Source: Guillardia theta CCMP2712 (Eukaryota > Protista > Cryptophyta). From it: a stretch of DNA of 64,000 nucleotides. Below, piece after piece: positions 1 through 14,698 of this stretch; positions within the stretch are counted from its first letter, which is position 1, and the number at the start of each line of letters is the position of its first letter. A program made the translations under genes and the position numbers. A model generated the notes under the pieces. That model had not been told where the DNA came from, made no database searches, and saw only the letters and a program-made list of their open reading frames with translations. Where the stretch lies: the NCBI RefSeq assembly GCF_000315625.1, contig NW_005434628.1:37508-101507 (forward strand), written 5' to 3'.

Positions 1-235
1 TCCTATATCTCTTCTAGAGCAGCCGCCGACAAGGGCGCTGCCTGACATGAAGTCGTGTGGGGACCTCCGGCGAAGACTCCTCGGGCGACTCTACAAAGTC
101 CGAGGAGGAGCTGTCCTCTGCGGCTCGAGAAGTGCTTGCGCCCGCAAAGGCGTCATGCGGCTCCTTGCACCAGACAGGGGGGCTTCCAGCGTCAGCTGCA
201 TGACACGGTGAAAACACGAATTATCAGGTATACAT

Positions 236-937
236 NNNNNNNNNNNNNNNNNNNNNNNNNNNNNNNNNNNNNNNNNNNNNNNNNNNNNNNNNNNNNNNNN
301 NNNNNNNNNNNNNNNNNNNNNNNNNNNNNNNNNNNNNNNNNNNNNNNNNNNNNNNNNNNNNNNNNNNNNNNNNNNNNNNNNNNNNNNNNNNNNNNNNNNN
401 NNNNNNNNNNNNNNNNNNNNNNNNNNNNNNNNNNNNNNNNNNNNNNNNNNNNNNNNNNNNNNNNNNNNNNNNNNNNNNNNNNNNNNNNNNNNNNNNNNNN
501 NNNNNNNNNNNNNNNNNNNNNNNNNNNNNNNNNNNNNNNNNNNNNNNNNNNNNNNNNNNNNNNNNNNNNNNNNNNNNNNNNNNNNNNNNNNNNNNNNNNN
601 NNNNNNNNNNNNNNNNNNNNNNNNNNNNNNNNNNNNNNNNNNNNNNNNNNNNNNNNNNNNNNNNNNNNNNNNNNNNNNNNNNNNNNNNNNNNNNNNNNNN
701 NNNNNNNNNNNNNNNNNNNNNNNNNNNNNNNNNNNNNNNNNNNNNNNNNNNNNNNNNNNNNNNNNNNNNNNNNNNNNNNNNNNNNNNNNNNNNNNNNNNN
801 NNNNNNNNNNNNNNNNNNNNNNNNNNNNNNNNNNNNNNNNNNNNNNNNNNNNNNNNNNNNNNNNNNNNNNNNNNNNNNNNNNNNNNNNNNNNNNNNNNNN
901 NNNNNNNNNNNNNNNNNNNNNNNNNNNNNNNNNNNNN
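236..937. other. assembly gap (N run)
   Basis: Continuous N; ORFs spanning it are artefacts. Confidence 1.
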
Positions 938-1120
938 ATGCTAGGATGTGAGACCCAAGCATCCAGACATGAGAGGACCTTAGCAAGACGGCTAGGAAAG
1001 ACCCCCTCTTCGTCCCATACGCTACATTGGCCGCCTGCCACGTAAGTCGTCTTGGTTTACAGGAGAGTTTTTGTTAACTCGGCGCTATCTGACTGGCACG
1101 GCTGGCATACGTTCCATCCT
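938..1120 (+). mobile_element. partial copy of dispersed TG..CA foldback repeat (left part hidden in the gap)
   Basis: Matches the reverse complement of ~6910-7080 and 2163-2290 (e.g. GAGAGGACCTTAGCAAGACGGCTAGGAA, GTCGTCTTGGTTTACAGGAGAGTTTT). Confidence 0.8.
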
Positions 1121-1992
1121 CCCCCCGAGTTTCTGAAATAGTACGTTACATCGGACGTCAGAAAGTCACGCAAACAAGAATGTCAGCAGATCCAAGTCAA
1201 GATACGACGATACAACGTCAAGTTCACAGTCATGCTGAGTGGGCAATAACCATTCAAGGATTGTCCATTCTGAAGAAGATTTTCATGCAGGGCTATTAGA
1301 TGTGCAGTAAAGAGATAAGGGAGATGCATAGCGAGCTGATGCAATGACGAGAGAAGGAGGATAAGATAAGAGAGTCTGAGGAGAGAACTTCGGAGTTCAG
1401 ATAACAGAGAGAGAGAGAGAGAGAGAGCGTGCCCGCCGGCATTTGAAGACCAAAAGATAAATTTTGAACCGTAAAGAACTTGTGACCAGAGATTGCTGCC
1501 GCGAGATTGGAACATCCGTTTCAAGGCATCTGAAGATTGTTGTGCAGTAGTACCTTGTTCGCCGATCCAGAAGTAGCTCCAGTTATGCATGCCACAGCCT
1601 AGCTCCATGACATGAAACTTCCGCCAGATCTCCTGGTAGTTCCATTTGATCCTACTCAAAGATCAAGAAAAATAAGAATCGAATCAGCTTCAAGTGCGTT
1701 TCCGACACACGGTTAAGCAGATATTCGACCGACCAATCTGGCTGGGGAAGGCTTGTTTTTCCTATTCGAAGATCAATCAAACAAATTGAGGCTGAGATGA
1801 GAGGCCTAAACAACTTGCGGCTAGAGAGAGAGCCTGATTGAAGAGAGGAGTCATCCGAATTTGTAAGGCTTGAATTGCATGAATTTTCGACAGTAACGAA
1901 ACGATACCAAGAAAGAAAAAACTCCAGTAAACAATTCAACTAACCAAATATAAGATCAACATGATTAGCGCCGGCTCCCAGGCTTGTCCGAT

Positions 1993-2397
1993 TGACGGAA
2001 TACAAGTTTGTTAGACTTGTACTAGTCCAAAGTCACGCAGACATCACATCGACCTTCGTTGTAACAAGACAGTTTTTGCTCAAGACCGAGTTTAATGCAC
2101 ACAAAACCAGAATTGAGGAGCACATGAGAGATAGACTGTATGCTAGGATGTGAGACCCAAGCAAAACTCTCCTGTAAACCAAGACGACTGACGTGTTTCA
2201 AGGCCGGGCTGTGTTGACGAAGAGGGGGCTTTCCTAGCCGTCTTGCTAAGGTCCTCTCATGTCTGGATGCTTGGGTTCACATCCTAGCATACAGTCTATC
2301 TCTCATGTGCTCCTCAATTCTGGTTTCGTGTGCATTAAACTCGGTCTTGAGCAAAAACTGTCTTGTTACAACTAAGTAAGGTCGATGTATTCCGTTA
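1993..2397. mobile_element. foldback/MITE-like element copy with ~115-bp inverted arms
   Basis: Ends TGACGGAATAC...GTATTCCGTTA; ~2046-2162 is the reverse complement of ~2269-2388; flanks CCGAT/CCGGG (3/5 match). Confidence 0.8.
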
Positions 2398-2995
2398 CCG
2401 GGCCCTGCCGCCGCGCGCTTGTCTGCGCGGCTTCGCGCGTGGGCTGGCGCGTGCCGGGTCTGCTGACCGTGACACTGCCCGCCCAGTGTCACGGTTCAAC
2501 ACGACGGTTCAACGGCCCCGGGCCCGTTTGTGCAGTTTCTCGGCGCTGTGGCGCTCACCGTGGCACGGTGTGCTTACCGTACGACGTCGGGTGCGCTATC
2601 CCGGCGCCGGCCGGGTCCGATCCGGGCCCGGGGTATGCGGCGCCGCCGGGCGCGGCCGGGCCCGGGCCGCGGCCATGACTCCCAGTACCGGCGGTCCCGG
2701 GGCTGAGGCTCCCGACTCGCCGCCGAGTCGAGCCTCACTGAGTGTTCCGTGGCAACCCGGTCAGTGACCGGTCACCGTCACGGCCGGGCCCGGGGTTCCG
2801 AGTCATCCCTCTTGCCAGTGTCCTCGTACTGATTTTAACTTAACTTTGAGCCACGGTGAAAGGCTGAAGCGCAACTGAAGGCTGCGTCGGCACACTGAGG
2901 GCCCGGCGGGCCCGGGCGGGGCAGCCCGGCGCGACTGTTCCCGGTGCCCGAGAGTTTTAGAAATTTTTAAAGTAGGAGGCCCTTTAAAAATCGTT
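2398..2995. promoter_or_regulatory. GC-rich CCGG/GGCC island plus AT-rich TTTTAGAAATTTT block upstream of the FadH-like gene
   Basis: Very high GC; the 32-bp motif at 2819-2850 recurs at 42077-42109; 5' position relative to the gene. Confidence 0.45.
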
Positions 2996-3048
2996 TTATC
3001 TTATCCTCCAGTCGCTATGCGCTCACAAGAGACGCAAAACTCTAGTAG

Positions 3049-3432
3049 AGAAGAGGAGAGGAGAAGAAGGGAGGAGAGCAGAAGAAGGGAGGAGAGGAGA
3101 AGAAGGGAGGAGAGGAGAAGAAGGGAGGAGAGCAGAAGAAGGGAGGAGAGCAGAAGAAGGGAGGAGAGCAGAAGAAGGGAGGAGAGGAGAAGAAGGGAGG
3201 AGAGGAGAAGAAGGGAGGAGAGGAGAAGAAGGGAGGAGAGCAGAAGAAGGGAGGAGAGCAGAAGAAGGGAGGAGAGCAGAAGAAGGGAGGAGAGGAGAAG
3301 AAGGGAGGAGAGCAGAAGAAGGGAGGAGAGCAGAAGAAGGGAGGAGAGGAGAAGAAGGGAGGAGAGGAGAGGAAGGGAGGAGAGGAGAAGAAGGGAGGAG
3401 AGCAGAAGAAGGGAGGAGAGGAGAAGAAGGCA
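3049..3432 (+). repeat. 18-bp tandem repeat GGAGAG(G/C)AGAAGAAGGGA, ~21 copies
   Basis: Directly visible; explains the spurious RREE/LLLSS/FFSSPP ORFs. Confidence 0.95.
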
Positions 3433-3493
3433 GGAGACAAGAGGGGAGGAGATAGTTAATTTCGCTTGAATTGTCAGCAACATTTTATCTTGA

Positions 3494-6789
<3,296 letters not shown>

Positions 6790-6904
6790 ACGCCGGGATG
6801 ATTGACATGCGGCATCAGTGATGTCGAAAGGCTCCCACTGTCACACAAAGATAGGGCCTAGCCTAATAACACGTGACTTCAAAATAGTTGAAACCAAGAC
6901 ATAT

Positions 6905-7181
6905 TGATCGGACGGATCGCATGCCAGCCGTGCCAGTCAGATAGCGCCGAGTTAACAAAACTCTCCTGTAAACCAAGACGACCCTGACGTGTTTCGAGGC
7001 GGCAATGTAGCTTCCTAGCCGTCTTGCTAAGGTCCTCTCATGCCTGGATGCTTGGGTTTCACATCCTACTAGCATACAGTCTATCCGAGGCTCTTGTCTT
7101 GTTGCACTGCGGCAGCTGAGGTCGATATGATGTCTGCATTACTTTGGCGTAGTACAAGTCTAACAAACTTGTGCTCCGTCA
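6905..7181 (-). mobile_element. TG..CA element copy with 5-bp TSD CATAT
   Basis: CATAT (6900-6904) | TGATCGGACGGA...GCTCCGTCA | CATAT (7182-7186); homologous to the copies at 938, 1993 and 31142. Confidence 0.85.
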
Positions 7182-7771
7182 CATATGCCAGTACCGCTGA
7201 GCCGCAAACTTGATTTTGCAGTGCAGGCAGGCGGGCCGCATTGCCAGCGGCTCCGGTCCGGCCCGGCCCGCCCCCCCGCCGGGCAAGTTGACTCTATCCG
7301 AGCGAGGCTCTGCAGTATAGAGCGTGTGGGGGGTGGTCATATACGAGTTCTAGTCGGGTAGAGTGGGTGGGGTCATCGAATACCGAAGAGGCATGGCAGG
7401 GTTGGTTAAACATGTTGCAGAGAAAAAGGAAGGAAGGGAAGGGAGAGAGAGGAGAGGGAAGGGAAGGGGGAATGGAAAGGAAAGAGAGAAAAGGGAAACG
7501 AGGGTCATGGCAAGAAGTACATGCGGGAGTAGCGACATACTGATTGTGTTCAATGGATGATGGTTGCAGCGTGGAACAGAGCAGTGACAGGGAGGGGACG
7601 GAAAGGGGAGACGGTTGGGAAAGTGAAAAGGAACTGGAAGTTTCAGAACAGAAGTGATTAAAGAAAGATGACTCTCCTGGATCGATTACCTCTCCTTTTC
7701 TGACAACGTGCTTCTCACAGATGATTTGGACTAAATTGTTGCGGACAATGCTCCCCGTGAACGCGCCATTG

Positions 7772-10426
7772 TCAGACAACGCTATGATGACGCAAGAAGA
7801 TGTAAGATGATCTCCCTGCAGTCGATGCGTCTTCATTGACTTGTTTCTTGGCTCTCAATACTGACTTGGGTGGACGTAGACGAGGGTGAGTTTTGTCATT
7901 GTCGCAGCTTTGTGAGGTTGACTTGTCGTATTTCAGATGCAGGAGGTCTGCACAGGCTCCACCTGCGTCCACGCGCTCAACGTTGAGGTTCGCGTTTGGC
8001 TGTGATGAGCAGAGGGGGTTAACGGGGCTGCAGATCATTCCTCCCAAGAGTCAGCAGGAGCCAGAGGAAGCTCACGCGTCGCGACATTCCTTTCATTAGG
8101 GTTGAGCATAAACTCGTTTAGCCTCATGGGGTTCCAATGGACTCGTCACCTTGTCTCAGCTCTCTTATAGAAGAGCAAGTTTGCCTTCACGGCCATCACG
8201 AGCTTCTCGCTGACGGGTCGGCATGTCTCGCAGATTACCTCAACCCAGCTGCGGCGTCTCAGCGGTGTATCACCTCAAGGATCTTTGACTGACCTGCTTG
8301 ATTTGTTCTTCACGTACACAACATACTTGTGCTTGCTGGTCCAGCGTCAAGCTTGCTTGAAGTCTGAGTGGCTAACCACCTGCTCTTGTCGTGAACGATG
8401 ACTGCGTAGAGCTGATACGTCGCGTTGCTGCCCCCTGTTGACATGGTGATGGAGGATACCAAGAAAGTGAGATGACCAGCGGCTCGAGTGCTTCCGTTGA
8501 CTGAGAGCAGCTGGGGAAACATGACAAACTTTCGCTCGCGGGCATAAGATAAAGTCCTGCGAGTTGTTGAGGCTGAGGGGAAGAAAGTTGGAGGATGAAT
8601 CACTCAGATCTCGACACATGCAAGCACAGGATGGGAGGAAATCGCCGAGGGTCGACGCGCTGCGACTCGTTGAGACAGTGGAATGAGAGCATACGCTGAC
8701 CATGATGATGTTCGTCGAGTTGCAGGCCGGACATGCAAGGGCAGCATCTGGCAGCAGACGATCACCACGAGCAGGGAGAAACATGTGGAGTGGAGGGAGG
8801 AGGAATAAGGGAGAGAGATTGAGGAAAGGCAGGAGAAGCAGGGAGGAAGGGGCGGGGAGAGAGGAAAGGAGTCAGAAAGCGGAAGTGGAGGGTCAGAAAG
8901 GGGAAGGAGATACAGAAATGGGGCGAAGGGGAGGGGGGGCAGCAAGACAAACTGACCCGAGATGCGCGAAGATGAGCTGAACATGTGGGAAAGCGAGTCT
9001 TGGACCTATAAATCTGTCAAAGAGATGAGGAAGGGAGGCAGCAGGAGACGTCAAAGATGCCCGAGTCGAGGAAGAGAGAGAGGTATCGAAACCTGAGCTG
9101 TCCGTCAACAACTTCCCTCCTCTTGTCTCCTCCTCACTTGACTCTCCGTGAAAACGTCTCGTGGCACTCAGTACATTTGAGCTGATAGCGAAGCCGACCC
9201 ACGAAAGTTTCTTCCACAAACGACCTGCAGTAGCAGCAGCATGTGGGTCACATCGGGCGGTCAGGTCGGGCCATGGACCCTAGGAGGGATGAACTCTGCA
9301 CGTGCACAAGAGTCTCTTCTCGTCGCAACGTCGCCAGGAGGTGATGGAAGAACTTGAGAGGAGTCGGCTGAGCGCTCGAGAAGTTGACCTTGCGTGCCGG
9401 TGAGACGAGCAGAAGAGAGGAACTGAGACCTTGGCAAGCAGCTCAGGCTCGCAACATTCATCGTCGATCTTAGAGAACATGGAGGACACTTGCAGCTTGT
9501 TGCGCGTGAGACTCTCACTCGACTCTCAACTTCTCCCTCACCTCCAGGCAGCAGAGGGCGCAGACCCCCAGGCGTCGGCAGCGCTTGGAGTGGCTGCGGG
9601 TGAGGGAAAAGTAGGAGATGGGAGGCGAATGCGCGAGCACCTATGACCTGCAATGAGATTCGAGAGCGAGCTTGAGAGCGAGGCACATGCCTGAATCACA
9701 ACATTGGCGAAACAATTCTGATCGTCACAGTGAAGGAGCCGCGGATTCTCTCTCAAGCTATGATGCCAGTGGAGGAGGAAGTTGGGGTAGCCGCGAGGAG
9801 ATGGCGTGGGGTCACTGTGGGAAGTCTTGAGGTCGGTTTGCACTAGACTTTGACTCCGTTGCTGGTAAAACCTGCAGAAGCTTGACAGAGCTCAAGACCC
9901 AGGAGGTCCACCTGCTGTAGTCCAGCAGCGATCGAAACCTTTGAGGCACAACTGCAGCATGATGCTCCCGCTCCCGGTTGAACTGTCAAGAGTCGAGCAT
10001 GAGAGCAAGCAGAGGTGAGAGTGAGGTACATGAGACCATGAGAGTGAGAGTGAGGTACATGAGACCATGAGAGTGAGAGTGAGGTACATGAGACCATGAG
10101 AGTGAGAGTGAGGTACATGAGACCATGAGAGTGAGAGTGAGGTACATGAGACCATGAGAGTGAGAGTGAGGTACATGAGACCATGAGAGTGAGAGTGAGG
10201 TACATGAGACCATGAGAGTGCGAGTGAGGTACATGAGACCATGAGAGTGCGAGTGAGGTACATGAGACCATGAGAGTGAGAGTGAGGTACATGAGACCAT
10301 GAGAGTGAGAGTGAGGTATATGAGACCATGAGAGTGAGAGTGAGGTACATCTTTGAGGTCCCTTGTCGCCTTTATCTTCGGGCTTGTCACCACGAGGATC
10401 GCGAGCAGCAAGCGAGCGCATGCCAT
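7772..10426 (-). CDS. USP (peptidase C19)-fold protein with hydrophobic N-terminus; probable pseudo-deubiquitinase; spliced, 3' end approximate
   Basis: Cys box QNCFANVVIQACASL; SFVEETFVGRLRYQLKCTECHETFS; YQLYAVIVHDKSSKHKYVVYVKN; WVEVICE...ANLLFYKR; start MACARLLLAILVVTS. Confidence 0.75.
10013..10350. repeat. 29-bp tandem repeat (GAGACCATGAGAGTGAGAGTGAGGTACAT), ~11.5 copies, in the first intron of the USP-like gene
   Basis: Directly visible; inferred intron 10348-9983 (minus strand, GT..CAG). Confidence 0.9.
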
Positions 10427-10608
10427 CAACGCGCTTTCATGGCTGATACGTTCCGACAAAACACCCGCACCGGTGGTAATCCTGGGATTCCGACCGGTAC
10501 TACATCACAGGATCCGAAACCTGCCAGCACAACTGCAGTGGAGGGGAGAAGCGACGTGAGGGGAGGTGAGGGGAGGGGAGGGGAGGGAGTGGCGAATCCC
10601 TCCCCTCC

Positions 10609-12298
10609 GGCAGTGGCGAGTCGCTTGCGATGACGGGGAGACGAGGGCGAGTAGAGGAGGGCGAGTAGAGGAGATGATGACAGGCATGGCGAGCTGAGCG
10701 AGCTGGCTGTGCTCCCTCGGCGCAGGCTGGCCAGGAGGGAGGCTCTGGACGAGCTGGGGTATGGGCTGAGGGAGGCGCGGAGGGAGGAGAAGGGGAGAGG
10801 AAGCGGGAGGAGGAACGCGGCATGGGAGGAGGAAGAGCTCCGATGTGATACGGGGGGAGCAGTCAAGCAGGGACGTCAAGACGGCGTGCCTGAGGGAGCC
10901 GAGAGCACGGGCGGGAGGGAGCTTGCTGGGTGAGGAAGGGCTGGGCATAGAGGGCGAGCGTCGCTTGCTTGTACTGCTGCAGGCTGCTACAAGGGAGGGG
11001 TCGAGAGGCTCGTCGTCGATCTGCTGCGGGAGAGGCCAAGGCTGGGCGAGGACGCTGGGTTTGCGGGAGAAAAAGAGACACAAACAGGGAGGGAGGGAGG
11101 GAGGAGGGGAGGGAGGGGAAGGGCAAGAGGATGATGAGGGAGAGGAGCAGAGCAGATGTGTGGATCGGTGTAGAGGCTCTGCATCTGCTTCTTTGTCAGG
11201 CTTGCGATGTGTGGTACATGCCCAGGACCGTCACCTCTGCTCGAGCATCTAGGAAGGCAGTGGGAGCAGGGGCATGGGGAATGAAGGATGTGTGGAGGCA
11301 GGAAGGAAGCGAAGCGAAGGAAGAGACCTGAGGAGCGGGACGGTGATCATGTAGGCATGAGTAAAGACAGACAAGCCAACAGATGTCTCGGAGGAGCCCG
11401 ACCTCTGCTAGACGGACAGCAGGCGTCTCGAGCTCCTCTCGCAAGCATCAGGAGCACAGCTGCACGTGGACCGCCAGCAGGCGGAGCGCAAGCCCAGACC
11501 CGCGGGAAGCGACAAGCCGAGGAAGCAGGAGCTCCGCAGCCCAGCGAAGCGACGACCCCCCTGGTTGACGAGCGAGGGAGGTCGGAGACTCGAATCGCAG
11601 GGGAAGGGAGGAGGAAGGGATGGGCTGCTGGTCGACTGTCGCAACCCGCCAGGGGCTCTTGCTGCTCGGACCCTGCCGGGACTCCGCAGCTTGCTCGTGG
11701 CACTCCTCCCTCCCTGTGCTCCTGCTTTGATGCAGCCGTCGCTCCCCTCCCTCCTCTCGTTTGTGACCTTCCTTCTGACCCCTGCCCCCCTCCCCTCTCC
11801 TCTCCCTTCTCCTGCTCCTCGCCGACCCGCTCGCCCATGTCGTGCTTGTCTGAGGGAGCCGCCTTCCTCGGCGCTTCTTGCAAGCTCCCCCGCCCCCCCG
11901 TCTCCCCCGGTGGCCACATCGTGTCATGCTTCACGCGCTCCTCCCGCTCCGCTGCGCGCGACAGTCGTACGAGGAGCCAGACGGCAGACAAGCAGCGACG
12001 CAGCAAGCAACAACCCCAGCAAGCAGAGCAGACGCGTAGGCAACGAGGGAGAGGCCCAGGCTCGCGGCGCAGGCGGACCCAGGGGAGACTGAGAGCAGCT
12101 GTACCCAGCTGCAGCGACAACACGCCAGGCACGTCAAGTACACGCAGCGCCAGACTCAGAGGTGACACGCTCGAGGCTTCATACATACGATGATACCATC
12201 CCGTTCTCGCTCCTCCTCCTCCTCCTCCTCGCGCACCTACAAGCTCGTCGCGACGCTCCAACCGCTCGCGCAGGGCCTCGCCTCCTCCCTCGCTTCAA
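10609..12298. repeat. tandem segmental duplication, copy 1
   Basis: Near-identical to 13031-14698. Confidence 0.9.
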
Positions 12299-13030
12299 GC
12301 TTTCTCGGTCTCTCAAGCTGCCACGCTGTCCTCCCTCCCCGGTCTCTCTTCCTCCCCGCCGGCCGGTCCCTGGCCTCTCTGAGTGCTCGTCTTGATGCGC
12401 ATGCTTAGGTCGCCCCTGGTCGTCCTCGCCCTGCCGCTCCTCCTCCTCTGCCTCTCTCCTTGCCCCCTCCCTCCAGGCCGGGTCTAGAGGAAGCCGTCCT
12501 GCTTGTCCTTCGCCGCCGCCTCTCCGCCTTGCTTGTCGGCCTCGTGGAGGCACATGGCGAGGACGGGAGGCCTGACCCACCCCCAGAGACAAGGAGGGCG
12601 GGAGAGGTGAGCACCCACCTGTGAGAGGAGGAGGAGGGAGAAAATGCTGGTTCCCCTGTAGCCCCTCAGCCCTTACGCCATCTGTCCTAGCAGCGGAGCT
12701 ACAGAACCTCCCCTTCCCTCCCCCCCCGCCTGTCTCTGTACCCTGCCTTTATACCCTCACCCCCTTTTATGCCGTCCCTCCGTCCCCCTACCCCCTTGTC
12801 TCTCACTGCCCCCATCCGCCCCTTGTCCCTCGGCTTGTCGCTCTCCCCGGCTGTCGCTTGGCCTGGCCTGGCCCGTCCTCTTGCCTGGCGAGAGGAGGGC
12901 TCTGGTCGGTGCGGCCTCGTGTCTCCTCTCCGGCTCCTCTCCTCTCGTCCTCTCTTTGTCCACGCCTCTTGTCTCCCCTCCCGCTCCTCGCCGCTTGCTC
13001 GTCTGACCTCGGGGATGACGACGCGCTTCG

Positions 13031-14698
13031 GGCAGTGGCGAGTCGCTTGCAGCTGGCTGTGCTGCCTCGGCGCAGGCTGGCCAGGAGGGAGGCTCTGGAC
13101 GAGCTGGGGTATGGGCTGAGGGAAGCGCGGAGGGAGGGGAAGCAGGGACGTCAAGACGGCGTGCCTGAGGGAGCCGAGAGCACGGGCGGGAGGGAGCTTG
13201 CTGGGTGAGGAAGGGCTGGGCATAGAGGGCGAGCGTCGCTTGCTTGTACTGCTGCAGGCTGCTACAAGGGAGGGGTCGAGAGGCTCGTCGTCGATCTGCT
13301 GCGGGAGAGGCCAAGGCTGGGCGAGGACGCTGGGCTTGCGGGAGAAAAAGAGACACAAACAGGGAGGGAGGGAGGGAGGAGGGGAGGGAGGGGAAGGGCA
13401 AGAGGATGATGAGGGAGAGGAGCAGAGCAGATGTGTGGATCGGTGTAGAGGCTCTGCATCTGCTTCTTTGTCAGGCTTGCGATGTGTGGTACATGCCCAG
13501 GACCGTCACCTCTGCTCGAGCATCTATGAAGGCAGTGGGAGCAGGGGCATGGGGAATTGAAGATGTGTGGAGGCAGGAAGGAANNNNNNNNNNNNNNNNN
13601 NNNNNNNNNNNNNNNNNNNNNNNNNNNNNNNNNNNNNNNNNNNNNNNNNNNNNNNNNNNNNNNNNNNNNNNNNNNNNNNNNNNAGACCTGAGGAGTCGCT
13701 ATGGCACTACCACTGCGATAAAGACAGACAAGCCAACAGATGTCTCGGAGGAGCCCGACCTCTGCTAGACGGACAGCAGGCGTCTCGAGCTCCTCTCGCA
13801 AGCATCAGGAGCACAGCTGCACGTGGACCGCCAGCAGGCGGAGCGCAAGCCCAGACCCGCGGGAAGCGACAAGCCGAGGAAGCAGGAGCTCCGCAGCCCA
13901 GCGAAGCGACGACCCCCCTGGTTGACGAGCGAGGGAGGTCGGAGACTCGAATCGCAGGGGAAGGGAGGAGGAAGGGATGGGCTGCTGGTCGACTGTCGCA
14001 ACCCACCAGGGGCTCTTGCTGCTCGGACCCTGCCGGGACTCCGCAGCTTGCTCGTGGCACTCCTCCCTCACTGTGCTCCTGCTTTGATGCAGCCGTCGCT
14101 CCCCTCCCTCCTCTCGTTTGTGACCTTCCTTCTGACCCCTGCCCCCCTCCCCTCTCCTCTCCCTTCTCCTGCTCCTCGCCGACCCGCTCGCCCATGTCGT
14201 GCTTGTCTGAGGGAGCCGCCTTCCTCGGCGCTTCTTGCAAGCTCCCCCGCCCCCCCGTCTCCCCCAGTGGCCACATCGTGTCATGCTTCACGCGCTCCTC
14301 CCGCTCCGCTGCGCGCGACAGTCGTACGAGGAGCCAGACGGCAGACAAGCAGCGACGCAGCAAGCAACAACCCCAGCAAGCAGAGCAGACGCGTAGGCAA
14401 CGAGGGAGAGGCCCAGGCTCGCGGCGCAGGCGGACCCCAGGGGAGACTGAGAGCAGCTGTACCCAGCTGCAGCGACAACACGCCAGGCACGTCAAGTACA
14501 CGCAGCGCCAGACTCAGAGGTGACACGCTCGAGGCTTCATACATACGATGATACCATCCCGTTCTCGCTCCTCCTCCTTCTCCTCCTCCTCCTCCTCCTC
14601 CTCCTCCTCCTCCCCCTCCTTCTCCTCCTCGCGCACCTACAAGCTCGTCGCGACGCTCCAACCGCTCGCGCAGGGCCTCGCCTCCTCCCTCGCTTCAA
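13031..14698. repeat. tandem segmental duplication, copy 2 (contains the 100-N gap at 13584-13683)
   Basis: Near-identical to 10609-12298 except for 72- and 75-bp deletions, a longer (CCT)n tract and a 1-bp indel. Confidence 0.9.

Noticed and set aside
55-1041. Long ORFs across the first gap
   Set aside because: Made up mostly of N-derived X residues.
1130-1960. ORFs 1183..1659 and 1652..1939
   Set aside because: No recognisable motifs; probably degenerate or spurious.
1993-2397. Fanzor/TnpB omega-RNA or other ncRNA interpretation of the dispersed repeat
   Set aside because: No RuvC-type ORF in the window and no RNA family recognised; the termini and TSDs fit a transposon better.
3001-3469. 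RREE / LLLSS / FFSSPP ORFs; possible nucleomorph-telomere-like repeat
   Set aside because: Translations of an 18-bp purine minisatellite; the unit does not match telomere repeats I know and is interstitial.
9648-9690. GC-AG intron after CFANVVIQ
   Set aside because: Read-through (QACASL...SCKCPPC) fits the USP consensus without it.
10013-10350. CRISPR-like 29-bp repeat
   Set aside because: Head-to-tail units with no spacers and no cas genes.
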